A stretch of 64,000 nt of DNA from Cyanophora paradoxa CCMP329 (Eukaryota; Plantae; Glaucophyta), in assembly GCA_004431415.1 (NCBI GenBank), contig QPMI01000093.1:186001-250000 (forward strand), read 5' to 3'. Numbering within the stretch: the first letter of the stretch is position 1; every line of letters begins with the position of its first letter. This document shows, piece after piece, positions 42,941 to 53,749 of the stretch. The notes under the pieces were generated by a model, which worked only from the letters and a program-made list of their open reading frames with translations, was not told the origin of the DNA and did no database searches. Position numbers and translations under genes: made by a program.

Positions 42941-44381
42941 ATCTGGATTCAGATCTCGGCATTGACCTAGCCCTCACTTCGGGCCTCTGTGCCTTTCAGC
43001 GGCTAGTAAAGTGGTGCTCTGTAGTATATACAGCTAGAAGGTACTCCGAGGCTCTACGTATACGCTTGTTCGATACGCTTCCTATTGCCCGGCCGCTGCT
43101 TTTCGTGCACGTGCCGACTGGGCGGGCCTGGTGTACAATATATTTATAATATGATCATGACATGTGCACGTGGTGGGATCGGTGGGAGTTGCGCGCGGCG
43201 CGGAGCCGAACTTCGGGCCCGCAGGGGAGGCGGGGATGCGCGCAATGACCGGGAGAAGACCTACGGCCGCTGCTGCTTCAAATATATATTTATTCACGGC
43301 CGCCTCCGATCCGCCACGAATTCGAAGGCGCGCGTTCGTGCACCCGGCCGCCGCAATTCAAGCCGTACGCGTCTGCGCAAATTAAAGCCCGCCGCGCGGG
43401 GCGCGTCGCGATCGCCGAGAATCTTACTATCTATATATGGGCTTCAGATTCCGTCGACGTCTCATGCTGACTCCATTTGATTTCAGCTGGGCGGCGCTGA
43501 GGAACCTCTGAACCCCCTGCGTAATTGCAACGAAGCTTTGAGGGCCTCGCGGTCGGAGCTCATGATCATGAAGGGGCTGGAAGGCCGAGTCGCAGAGTGG
43601 CCTTCTAGCTTAAGGCCTTCGAATTCGAATTCCTCTCCCTCCTTGAGTGCTAGCGCTATCTAGGGTGCAACCGCTGGCGCTGAGCTGTGCCACGGTGCAC
43701 GTGCCACGGTGTTGCGCATGCAAGTGACGCGGGAGTGATCATGAAGAGTTCCGAAGTTCATGCACGTACGCGTGATCACGGCCGCCTCCGCCGCGAAGGC
43801 ACCCGGCCGCCGCGATTCAAGCCGTCCACCATGGGCAGGGGGCATGGGGCCGGCGCGGGCGCCCAGCGGCCGCGCGGCACGAGCATTTGCATGCCATTGA
43901 TAGTGCATAAATATTGGGAACACCTGCTGCTATCATAGTATTGCGCTCGGGAGTCCTGATTTGCCGAAGTTGGCCCAGCTGCAGTGGGATCTTTCGTTCA
44001 TACAAAATATTGCGTCATATCTAGATCTGGTCATAATTATAGCTTTCCAGATCTAGCTATAAAGTGGAAAACACGGGAAGTTCGAATTCGAAGTGTGAAA
44101 TTTAAACCGACTCTAGATCTGCTACTAGGCTAGGCTGGGCGACTAGGTCTACTAGTACTGGGTCTAGCTATGTAACGCTAGCTATCAGTATAGCGTAGCC
44201 AACTCATTGTTCGTCGAATAATTATCAAAGCATGCGGATCGCGGATCGTCGGACCTAGGCCGGGAGAGCTCGAGGTCCGACCGTCGGACGGTCCGGATCG
44301 CGGCGGCCAACTGGCAAGGATACTGCCCCTGGCGGCCTAAGCATGTGTCCTGCGCTGCGCAAACCGGCTGGCCGGCTAGGC

Positions 44382-45677
44382 CTAGGAGCGGACGGCGGCG
44401 AGGAATTCGCCGCGGAGGACGCTGTCGTCCTTGAAGGAGCCCAGCGTGACCGTCGTGACCGTGGACGCGCCGGTCTTTTGCACGCCCCGCATCACCATGC
44501 ACATGTGCCTGCGCGCGGCGCCGGCCGGTCGGCTTAGCTTGCGCTGCCGCTCCGGCCCAGGGGATCCCCCGGACGGGGGACGGGGTGCGAGGCGGGCGAA
44601 TTCGAAGGAGCGCACGTCGCCTCGACCATGACGGCGACGCCCTTCGGCTGGAGGACCTCCTGCACCGCCTCCGCGATCTGCTTCGTCAGGCGCTCCTGCA
44701 CCTGTGCGTGTGGCAAGGGGCGCGCGTCATGGGAGGCGCGCCGCGGCACGCTCTTCATCGGACCTGGAGCCTCCGCGCGAACATGTTGGCGATGCGCGCG
44801 AGTTTGGAGAGCCCAATCACGCGCCCGTTGGGCACGTAGGCGATGTGGACCTTCCCGTAGAAAGGAACCATGTGGTGCTGCGCGGCGCGGACGGCCGGTC
44901 ATGAGCAGCCCAGCCAACGAGGCTCGGCGCTCGCGCAGCATCCCTCGGCACCTCGCACAAGCTGAAGATGTCGATGTTCATCACGAGCACCATCTCATCC
45001 GCGCTCTCCTCGAAGATAGCGTTGTTCACAAGATCTGGCACGCAGAGTATACGTAGTGAAATAAGAGATCTAGATCGAAATCTGAATCTTGAACACCGGA
45101 CGCTTACGGATGTCGAAAGAATTTTAAGCTTAAGAATTTTTAATTGCAATCAAATCCAGACTCCTTTTGCAAAATTGAGATCCCGTCGCGCGCACCACTG
45201 ACGCTTTCCCGGTAGCCCGAGGTTAGGAACGAGAGCGACTCGGCGACTCGGTGCGGCGTCCTTCGCAGGCCTGCGATCGCGTCTAAGCGAATCAATATCT
45301 GTATGTGGCGAAGCGCGACGGCGCTATATGCATCCATATATATACATACATAGCTATAGCTAGCCCTCTGAAATCGATTTCGGGCGCGCACCTTCGCGCT
45401 CGACGTCCTCGCCGAGGGCTGTGAGCACGCTCGAAATGGAGCTTGCTATTGATGCTTTGTCGGGCTTCAAATACCGATCCCGCGGAGACATCGATATCTC
45501 GTGGGGCTTGACGGCGTCGTGGCTGGAGTTCGGCGCGGGGACGACGTCGGCGGGAGGGGCGGGCGCTGCGTGGTAATGCGGATGGGAGAAGACTGCGTCG
45601 TTCGAGTGCGCCTGCACCGACGTCGACAGTGCCGCCAGACCTAAAGTCACTACGAGAAGAGCAACCCTGAAATTCAT
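44382..45677 (-). CDS. GCH1: GTP cyclohydrolase I (FolE/GCH1) with a signal-peptide-like N-terminus, multi-exon
   Basis: [33 protein letters not shown]|[70 protein letters not shown]; the Zn ligands in CEHH and HMC are present. Confidence 0.96.
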
Positions 45678-45850
45678 CAACGCACAACGCGCGGGCTAGC
45701 GCTGCAGCTGCCAGGCCTAGGGTGGGCGGCCGCGGAGGGCGCTAACTGTGCTATACGTACATATACTGGTAATGTAGTATGACACGCGTACCGCGGCGTA
45801 CGTGAACGTATATGAACAGGTGCCACGGTGTTCCGTAAACGTTGACGTCC

Positions 45851-46098
45851 TGTAGAACTAGAAATATTTAGTGGGCTGCATATTTATAGTACTAAATTTT
45901 AAAAGTTTTTGGGCGATCTACTAAATATTTCCCGCCTGCTAAAGCCGAGATTTCTTAGGGGTAGTCCCTTCTCCGCCATACAAAAGCCCTCCGAAGACCG
46001 ACGTCGACCTACTAAAGATTTACCAGCTGCTAATTATAAAGTGGCAGTTTTGGCAAAGTACTAATTATTTTCCTGTACTAAATTAACTAGTTCTCCAG
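45851..46098. mobile_element. MITE-like element with CTG(T/G)AGAACTAG termini
   Basis: Starts ctgtagaactag and ends ctagttctccag(ta); an inverted second copy lies at 47163-47349. Confidence 0.65.
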
Positions 46099-46545
46099 TA
46101 TTCTAGAACGTAGTATCCACGGCCACTGCCGGGCTGCAGGTGCCAGCCTGACTCAGTGAGGCTGTGCACACTGCACATGCCAGCCAGCCAGTGGTAGCAC
46201 TGGTAGCCAGTGGTACTACGGTACGGTAGGCCCAGGCCCCAGGCTGCGCGTGCACGGGCCGACACGGGGGGTACTGTATGGGGCGACTTCGCAGGAGAGA
46301 AGAGAATTATAAATTAAATTAGCGCGGTACCAAATTACCGCGGTATGTCATGATTCTTTTTTTTGAGAGACTACGGTGGGGCGAACCCCCCGTAGGTAGT
46401 GATTCGGCGCGGTATAAATTAAATATAAAATTTCGGCGCGGTATAAATTAAATTTGGTACCACGGTAATATTGATTAGCCTACTAGCCTATTAGTTGGCC
46501 TACACGTTGGCCAACTTGGCGGCAGCTCAGTCTTGGCCTACCGTA

Positions 46546-46806
46546 CCGTGTAACAGGAAAATACTGGACGCTGAAAATTAGTGGAGCCGGAAATTAGTGG
46601 ACTGAAATCTTGACTCAGTCCACTAATTTCTGGCTCCACTAATTGCCTGATGAGAAGCGGCCTCATAGTATACCCCTCAAAATTACCGCACTATACAAGC
46701 CTGAAAGTTTTACGATCCACTAATTTCGGGCTCCAGTATTTCGCCTGTGGGAGGGCGAAGTTTTACGATCCACTAATTTCCGATCTGGTATTTTCCTGTT
46801 ACACGG
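46546..46806. mobile_element. MITE, Tc1/mariner-pogo-like (TA target-site duplication)
   Basis: TIRs CCGTGTAACAGGAAAATAC / GTATTTTCCTGTTACACGG with TA on both sides; internal aattagtgga / tccactaatt subterminal repeats. Confidence 0.88.
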
Positions 46807-47162
46807 TAGTTAACGTTACGGCGTAGTACCGGGTAGGCCCTACGGAACTACAAGGTACTTCTTGTCTTCGATTCCGGTCCCAATTTCGGAATTTCCGGAC
46901 CGGTGCACTTGGTACGTATATACGTACCGGGCACTGCACGGCGGGCAGTTGGCACCCTTCCGAGTAGGACCTTCCGATCCGCTCTAAGGACCTTCGAATT
47001 CCAATCTGCTCTTACTGCTAATTTACCAGCTACTACTAGCCTACTAGCTATAGCTACTGAGTTACACGATGACTCTCAGTGACTCAGTGAATCGTCGCCG
47101 AGTCAATGATACGGCACAGTACTAGTACCGGTACGCGCGCGCGCGCGTACGTATATAACTTA

Positions 47163-47349
47163 CTGTAGAACTAGTTTATTTAGTACAGGAAAATAATTAG
47201 TAGTTCGCCAAAACTGTCACTTTAGCAGGGGCAAAATCTTTACTAAGTTAGTAGGTCGGTCTTCGCAGGGGTTTTAATGTATGGCGGAGAAGGGACCACC
47301 CCTAAGAAATCTCGGCGCTTTAGCAGGCGAGAAATATTTAGTAGATCGC
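47163..47349 (-). mobile_element. Truncated inverted copy of the 45851-46098 MITE
   Basis: Reverse complement of ~45914-46098; similarity stops after gtagatcgc. Confidence 0.75.
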
Positions 47350-48062
47350 ACACATATGCATGCGCAGTACTAAACCCACGACCCACCGTGGCACGCCGAC
47401 CCACTTAACGGACAAGATATTTTTTGGTCGACCCACGGGCCGCCTCAAGCCTTAGATGGTAAGCCACAAGCCTCAGGGCTCAAGGGTAAGCCTTAGATGG
47501 GAAAAGCCCACAAGGGGGCACGCAGCCGCACGCTCCCAGGCTCCCAGCAGGGGTATAAAAACTAAAGCTATAGCTAGTACACTGCCCCGAGAGAAGCCTT
47601 GCATGCACTGCGGCAAGGCCGCCAGCGCTAGCGGGGGCTGGCGCGCTCTGCAGCTGTAGATCTAGCTATAGCTATAGAGTACGTGAACGAACTCTTGTAT
47701 ACGTACACCGTATACGTCGACGCCGTGACGTCGCCTACATATACACGTATACGCGTACGTACGCGTCGAGTCGATCTAGACGCGTACGGCGGCGGTGCGT
47801 GCGTATGCCGTTTTTGCGGCATTTACATAAAGCCGGCTCCGCATATATATACGATTAAAGATGATCAAACTTAAACGTGTGTACATCTATATAGGTGGGC
47901 CTTTGTGAAGCGTTGAGCTCTCGAGCTTGCCCCTTCGCTGTCAATGTATTGTTAACCCTCGGAGGTTGATGAGTCACGCGTTGCGGAGGTTGCATTGTTA
48001 TATTGCATTCGGGGAGGCACGGGGACTAACACGTCCGACGTACCCCTCGGGGCCTCCGGCCT

Positions 48063-48960
48063 CTAACTATGCTCAGACTCTAACTGAATGCTGTACCCCC
48101 TCACTGGCCGAAGTGAGACGGTCCCCACTCGAGGTCGGGGTGGGGCCATGGGGGCCTCCGGCGGGGTACGATGCTCCCGCTTGCCAGCTCCATGTACTCC
48201 CCACGGGTTGTCTTCGTTTGCGAGGTCCCTGTAGTTGCCCTTTACGAGATCCGCCGCCGCTTTGCGCCAGCGAACGGCCACGTTGTACGTGTTGTCGATG
48301 ATGTTCTGCACTGTACCCTCCATGGGTATTAGGGACGGCCTATAGTCGACCTGTCTCTCACGCAGGTTCAATTCCCTTTGGTAGTAATCCACTGCGTCTG
48401 GGAGGGCCCTGAGCTCCAACGGGTGCTGGCCCGGGTCCGACGAGCTAATGAGCCCGGAGCGTTGCAGCGCGTTCACAGCCGCCCGCAGCATGATTTTGCC
48501 TACCCCCGCATCGCGTTATTCTGCTCGGGCGTCCCGTACCCCCCTGCGGCCCGTAATCGTTGTAGTAGCTCTCTATTTCGACTGTGGCCGGGCTAGTACC
48601 AACCCGAGGCTGCACAAAGCCGTACAGCCATGCCATAGCGTCGTTGTCCGCGGAGCGGCCGCTCTCGGGAGAGGAAGAGAACACTTCGATTTTGAAGTCC
48701 CTCGTCCGCCGGTTGACTCGCGTCATTAGGTTGAGGGGTAGCGCGCATTGCCGAATTTATCAGGAAAGAGGCGGTGTAGCTTGAACCATGCTTCCTGATC
48801 GCCGTACGACATTCGCTCGCGGCTCGCTGAGAATTTCTACCTGTACCCCTACTCGCGGTCGGGTACTTGTAGCCGGGCATCAGCCTCGCGCGCTTGCGCA
48901 TCTCCGCCTCCTCGGGTAGCCAGTTCTTCGGGTCGTTGCTCCACTCCTCCCATTCGCGTA
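48063..48960 (-). CDS. GNAT-like acetyltransferase (spliced or frameshifted; may join the ORF at 48975-49544)
   Basis: VEIESYYN...GVGKIMLRAAVNAL...LELRALPDAVDYYQREL resembles GNAT motifs A and B; the reading needs an indel in a G run near 48505. Confidence 0.5.
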
Positions 48961-48974
48961 TGTCTCGCCCGACG

Positions 48975-49544
48975 TCACGTGGGGCGGGGGCGTTTATCGG
49001 TGGGGCGGGCGGGGCTGGCAGGGCCTGGCGCCGGGGTTGAGGCCCTGTTCCACGAGTACTCGGGGTACTCTTCCCAGCCCAGGGGTACCAGATTTGCCGG
49101 AATCGGCTCAACTTCGAATTGGGGCTTTTTGGTGTGATACTCATAGTTCGTGACGTACGCCGTCACAGCCGAGCGCAAGCGCGAGAGGTCGCGCAAATTT
49201 ACGTCGTCCCATTCCGAGTCCCTTGCCTTCGCGTACCGCTCGAGGATTTGCATGCGAATGTGGTCCGGGAGGGTCGAGAGTATGCTGAGCTTGGAGCCCA
49301 GGGCGAACCAGATGCGCTTGAACTCGTCGATAATCCTGCCCTCGTCGTGGCTCCGGACGTATGAGGCCCCGCCATAGTTGTAATGGCTGTCCAGCCACCC
49401 TGCCCGGGCCAGCTCCAGCACCGGCCAGGGTTGGCGCTGTCGATTCGGTCGCGAGGCCTGCTCTACCACCCAGCGTCTAAGGTCCTTGACCTGATCTATG
49501 AACTGTGCGATCACGTCCTTGGGCGCTTCCTCTGCATCCGACAT
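48975..49544 (-). CDS. Hypothetical protein (viral element)
   Basis: Protein-like ORF MSDAEEAPKDVIAQFIDQ..., divergent from YqaJ across ~50 bp. Confidence 0.6.
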   Translation of the reverse strand: MSDAEEAPKDVIAQFIDQVKDLRRWVVEQASRPNRQRQPWPVLELARAGWLDSHYNYGGASYVRSHDEGRIIDEFKRIWFALGSKLSILSTLPDHIRMQILERYAKARDSEWDDVNLRDLSRLRSAVTAYVTNYEYHTKKPQFEVEPIPANLVPLGWEEYPEYSWNRASTPAPGPASPARPTDKRPRPT

Positions 49545-49594
49545 TTGCAATTGCACACATCAAGAAATTCTAAACGCTACTGCGAGACCAAGTC

Positions 49595-50260
49595 ATGCAT
49601 ACCGATACAGATTGCGAGACTTGCGAGAACTTGCAACAGGGGAGCGCGGCGTGGCACGCGGCGCGCCGCGAAAAGCTAACTGCCTCGAACTTTGCGGCTG
49701 CGTGCGGCATAAATCCCTGGAAATCCAGGGCCCGCCTCTGGGCGGAGCTAAGCGGCATAGCGGAGGAAAACAACTTCGACAACCCTGCGCTAACCTACGG
49801 GCATGACTATGAGCCCTTCGCGGTCTCTCTCTACAAAACGTCGAACAACAACGTGGACGTGCAACATACTGGATTGCACGAACATAAGGAACTGCCCTTC
49901 CTGGCGGGCAGCCCGGACGGGCTGATTGGAAGCGATCGTATACTTGAAATAAAATGCCCCTACAAACAAGAACTCTACGAAAAGGTCCCAACTTATTACA
50001 TGCCCCAGCTCCAGGGCCTGCTGGACATAACGGGCCGCGAGTGGGCCGAACTTTTTTGCTTCACTCCTCTGCGCGTGCAAACGTGGTACGTCAGACGGGA
50101 CGAGAGGTACATCAAGCTCATGAGGAAGTGCTTACATCTATTTTGGATGCACGTCAAGGAGGGCACGCCGCCCGAGCCCTACAGCGATCGAATGAAGTCA
50201 GAGAACCTCAGCGAGGAGCAGGCGGCGCTGCGCGAGTTTAAGTCGTACGCCCTCCTCTAG
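49595..50260 (+). CDS. YqaJ-like viral recombinase / lambda-type exonuclease
   Basis: QQGSAAWHAARREKLTASNF, GHDYEP, FLAGSPDGL, ILEIKCPY, YYMPQLQGLL: complete motif set, intronless. Confidence 0.93.
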   Translation: MHTDTDCETCENLQQGSAAWHAARREKLTASNFAAACGINPWKSRARLWAELSGIAEENNFDNPALTYGHDYEPFAVSLYKTSNNNVDVQHTGLHEHKELPFLAGSPDGLIGSDRILEIKCPYKQELYEKVPTYYMPQLQGLLDITGREWAELFCFTPLRVQTWYVRRDERYIKLMRKCLHLFWMHVKEGTPPEPYSDRMKSENLSEEQAALREFKSYALL

Positions 50261-50415
50261 TGTCCGGACCTTTCCAATACTCTATATGATTATTGGGAGG
50301 GTCCGGACACGTCTCTTGGTCAGACTACTTCTGTCCCAGGTCTTTGGAATCTTAATATAAATTTTCCCGGGACCCGGGACAGGGCTTGGTCGGACTCACC
50401 GTAGCTTGGTGTAGC

Positions 50416-53400
50416 TCAGGCCCAGGCCGGGTAGGCGAGTCTGTAATGAATCAGACCGCGCAGGATTTGGTTGAGCTGCTCGGTGCAGGGGGGCGGGAAG
50501 GCGAGGCCGCGGAGGGCCATAGAGACGTAGCGGAAGGGGTGGGGGAGGCGGCCCCTGTTATCCCACATGGCGTCCACTATGGCGTTGTGGACCACTTGCT
50601 CTGGGAGGGCGGGACGGGCCTGCGCGCACCGTTTCAGGGCCCTCAGCAGCCCTCGAAGATGTTGGAGTTGGCGTGCACCAGCGGGAGGGAGGGCTGGGAC
50701 GGCGGCGGCGAGCCCGGGGCCGAGCCCTGGGTGGCGAGGGCCTGCGAGGGCGCCGGCTCCAGCTCCATCTCGAACATACCGCCCTCGACGTCGACGGTCA
50801 CGGGCGGCGAGGCCGGGATCGCGCCGGCCTGCTGCGTGGCGGGGACCTGAGCCGAGAAGTTCTCGAGCCGCCACTCGCGGCAGCCCTGGCACTCACCTGG
50901 ACGAAGACGGTGCGGTTGGCGACGGGCGGCGTCGGCAGGGCCTGCGCGGGGGCGTCACTCACAGAAGCCGAAGGCGCCGGCCTTGTGGGGCGGGGCGTCG
51001 GGGTCGCGGGGCGTGCTATAGGCCTCCGAGCCCTCCGATTCAGAGTCACTCACCGGGCTGAGAGGGTGGGGTGAGAAGAGGCCGAGGCGGGCCTTCTTGG
51101 CGGGCAGGAGGTGGGAGCCGTTGAGGGCGCAATCGGCGCCGTGGGCGCACCTCTCTCCGTAGGTGGGGCAGAGGGCCGGGGGCGAGGGCGCCGGAGCCAA
51201 GGGCGCCGGAGCCGAGGACGCCGGGGGCTGGAGGAGGCGGTGAGAGGGGCCGAGGAGGAGAGGAAGGGGGAAGGGCGCGGGCACCGGCGCCGGGACGAGG
51301 CCCTCCTCCAGCAGCCGCATCTGCGCCTCCTTCGCCTTCTCGTCGATGCGGGCCTCGAACGTCGCCCAGTTGAAGCCGACGGCGTCCGCCTCCGCCAGCT
51401 CGGGGAGGCCGTGCTCGTCGAACGCCAGCGCGGGCCGCCCGCTGAAGCCGAACGGGGCGGGGGGCGAGAGCGCGTTGTCCCCGACGCCCCAGACGGCGCT
51501 GAACGCCGCATCGTCCCAGCGCGCCTCCGCCTCCGCCTGGCCCTCGTCCCTTGCCTCGTCCACCTCCTTGGCGGAGAGCGACCCGATCTTGATGATGGAG
51601 GCCTGGATCAGCACAAACTCGCGCTGGAAGAATTGGACGAGCGGGATGGTAACTGCGGGAGAGGGGGTGAGCGGGGAGAGCGCGGGGCGCAGGCCAAGGG
51701 CGGGGGCGCAGGCCAAGGGCGGGGCGGACGCACATTCGATGCCGTAGGCCACCTCCTTGATGTAGCGGCCCCGGCGGCCGATCTCCTTGGCCAGCATGCT
51801 GCACTCCTTGCGCGCCGGGTGGCCGTGGCCCCACTCCATGGCGATCATCGCCTTCGCCAGACGGACGCCCTCGATGTGCCACTCGTCCATCAGCGCCTCC
51901 AGCTTGGCGCAGATGCGCATCCAGAAGAAGACGCGCTTGAGCTTGTCGCGGTCGAATTCGGCGTCGCCGCTCTTGCTGCCCCAGTCGCGCAGGTCCGTCT
52001 CCTCCGCCTTCTTCACCTTCTCGTACCAGCACTTGATCTTCTCCGCCTGGCGCTGGAACTCGTCCGCCCGCGCCGTGAGAACGTCCGACTCCTCCTGCGC
52101 TCCGAGGGCCCGGGGTCAGGGAGGAGAGGCGGGCTAAGCGGGGCGGCGGCGGACCGTGTGCGAGAGCTCGCCGACGATCACGGAGATGGCCGCCGAGAGG
52201 ATCTCACGGGCGCGGGCCGGCCCGTTTGGGTGGCCCTCGCGCAGAACCTCCTCCAGCTTCAGCACGGCCGTCCGCGCGAGATCGCGGTGGCGCTGGCGGG
52301 TCTCGTCGCTCCGGCCCTGATCCACGAGAAGCTGGAGCTGGGGCCGCATGCCGGAGTCGCAGACGCTGGCGTACTTCAGAAGGGCCGCGCAGGAGAGCAC
52401 CTTCTGCACGCTGACCAGCCAGTACGCGTAGCCCAGCGGGCTCTCCGCGCTCGGGTTCTCCCGACCTGCGGACGCGACCTTAGCGCGCGCAGGGGCAGGG
52501 GAAAGGGGAAAGGGCGGGCTCTCGCGCACGTAAATGTCATCGGCGCAGGAGAGGAACATGTGATCAACGACGTCGAAGAAGCCGCCGGACGGGAGCGTGC
52601 CGACGCCGTGGTACGCGCCTTGGATGGTCTCGCCGGCGCAGATGCCGGCCTGGACGGTGACGGTGTACTGCGAGGCCGGCGGCCCCTCCTTCACGTAGAC
52701 GAAGTTGAGGTCGTACTTCTTGGCGTACGTCGGGTTGATGCGCTTGGTGACGATGACGTAATCGCACCGAACGCCGAGGCCGGACGGGCTGGCCTTCTCC
52801 TTCTCCGTCACCGACGCCAGGCACTGATCCCGCGCGATCAAGAGCTGCAGCGGCCCGCGCGTGAGCAAGCGCGGGCACGCGAGCGCAGGGAAGGGCCCTC
52901 ACCCCGTGGGCGCCGCCGCTGCCGGATTTGAGGTCCGCGAGGAACTCCTTCTGCTCCGGAGTGCCGGAGAAGATCGCGCGCGGATGGAAATCGCGATGGA
53001 GCGCGATGCTGTTGAAGCAGCCCGCCGCCGCATTGTCGGACATCAGCAACAGCGCCACATCGCCGTGCGTGAAGCCGTACTTCGCCTTCACATGCTCCGG
53101 CAGCTCGTGAATGCTGTAAGGCACGATCTGCGCGCGGGGCACGCGAGCCGGGGCATGTGAGCCGGGGCCGAAGCGGTGCGGGCGAAACCGCGAACCTCGT
53201 TGAACTTATTCACCGGCGTGAACTGGCCCTTGGTCTTCAAGCGCTTCGGGTGGCCGTCCGTGTTCTGGATCTTCTTCAGCCCGCCGAACGGCTCGAAGCG
53301 CGGCACGCCGGCCGAGTTGAACACGCTATCGCAGGTCATCGCGTTGAGCGCCTCCTCCGCCGACAGGCTGCCGAGATCGCGGGCTATGCTGTCCTGCTCG

Positions 53401-53447
53401 CCGGGCTGCTGCTGCTTCGCGCACGAGCGGAAGGTCGCCGCCTGCAT
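50416..53447 (-). CDS. Large intron-containing hypothetical protein (viral element)
   Basis: Successive codon-biased exons (MQAATF.., IVPYSIHEL.., LLIARDQC.., KKAEETDLRDW..) separated by GT..CAG introns; no family recognised. Confidence 0.55.
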
Positions 53448-53749
53448 CGCGAGTGTTACTGCCCGCGATGTCTCAACGGATTCCGTTCAACGTCGTACCC
53501 CGCTGGCTTGTTCCCTCCCCAACTCGCGAAGACTCAGACTTGAAGCCCGCTTCCCCCCCCTCAAAATGCGTACCCCCTTGGGCTCGAACCCCGGTCGGTT
53601 TCTCGCTTTTTTTTGACTGCCCAGTCCGGCGATGCAATGCAGGCCGCTCGTTCAAATCGGCTGGGAACTTGGCGCCAGAACCTTCGCAGCGCGCGCAGCA
53701 CTCCCAGCAGAGCGCGCGCAGCACCGGCGGCAGCATCGGCGGCAGCAGC

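Noticed and set aside
42950-44370. Possible extra pterin gene (PTPS, sepiapterin reductase) between the reductase and GCH1
   Set aside because: No recognisable motifs or consistent exon chain in any frame.
45851-47349. One 1.5-kb transposon with ~185-bp TIRs
   Set aside because: The left unit has its own termini and the element end faces inward; better explained as two independent MITE copies.
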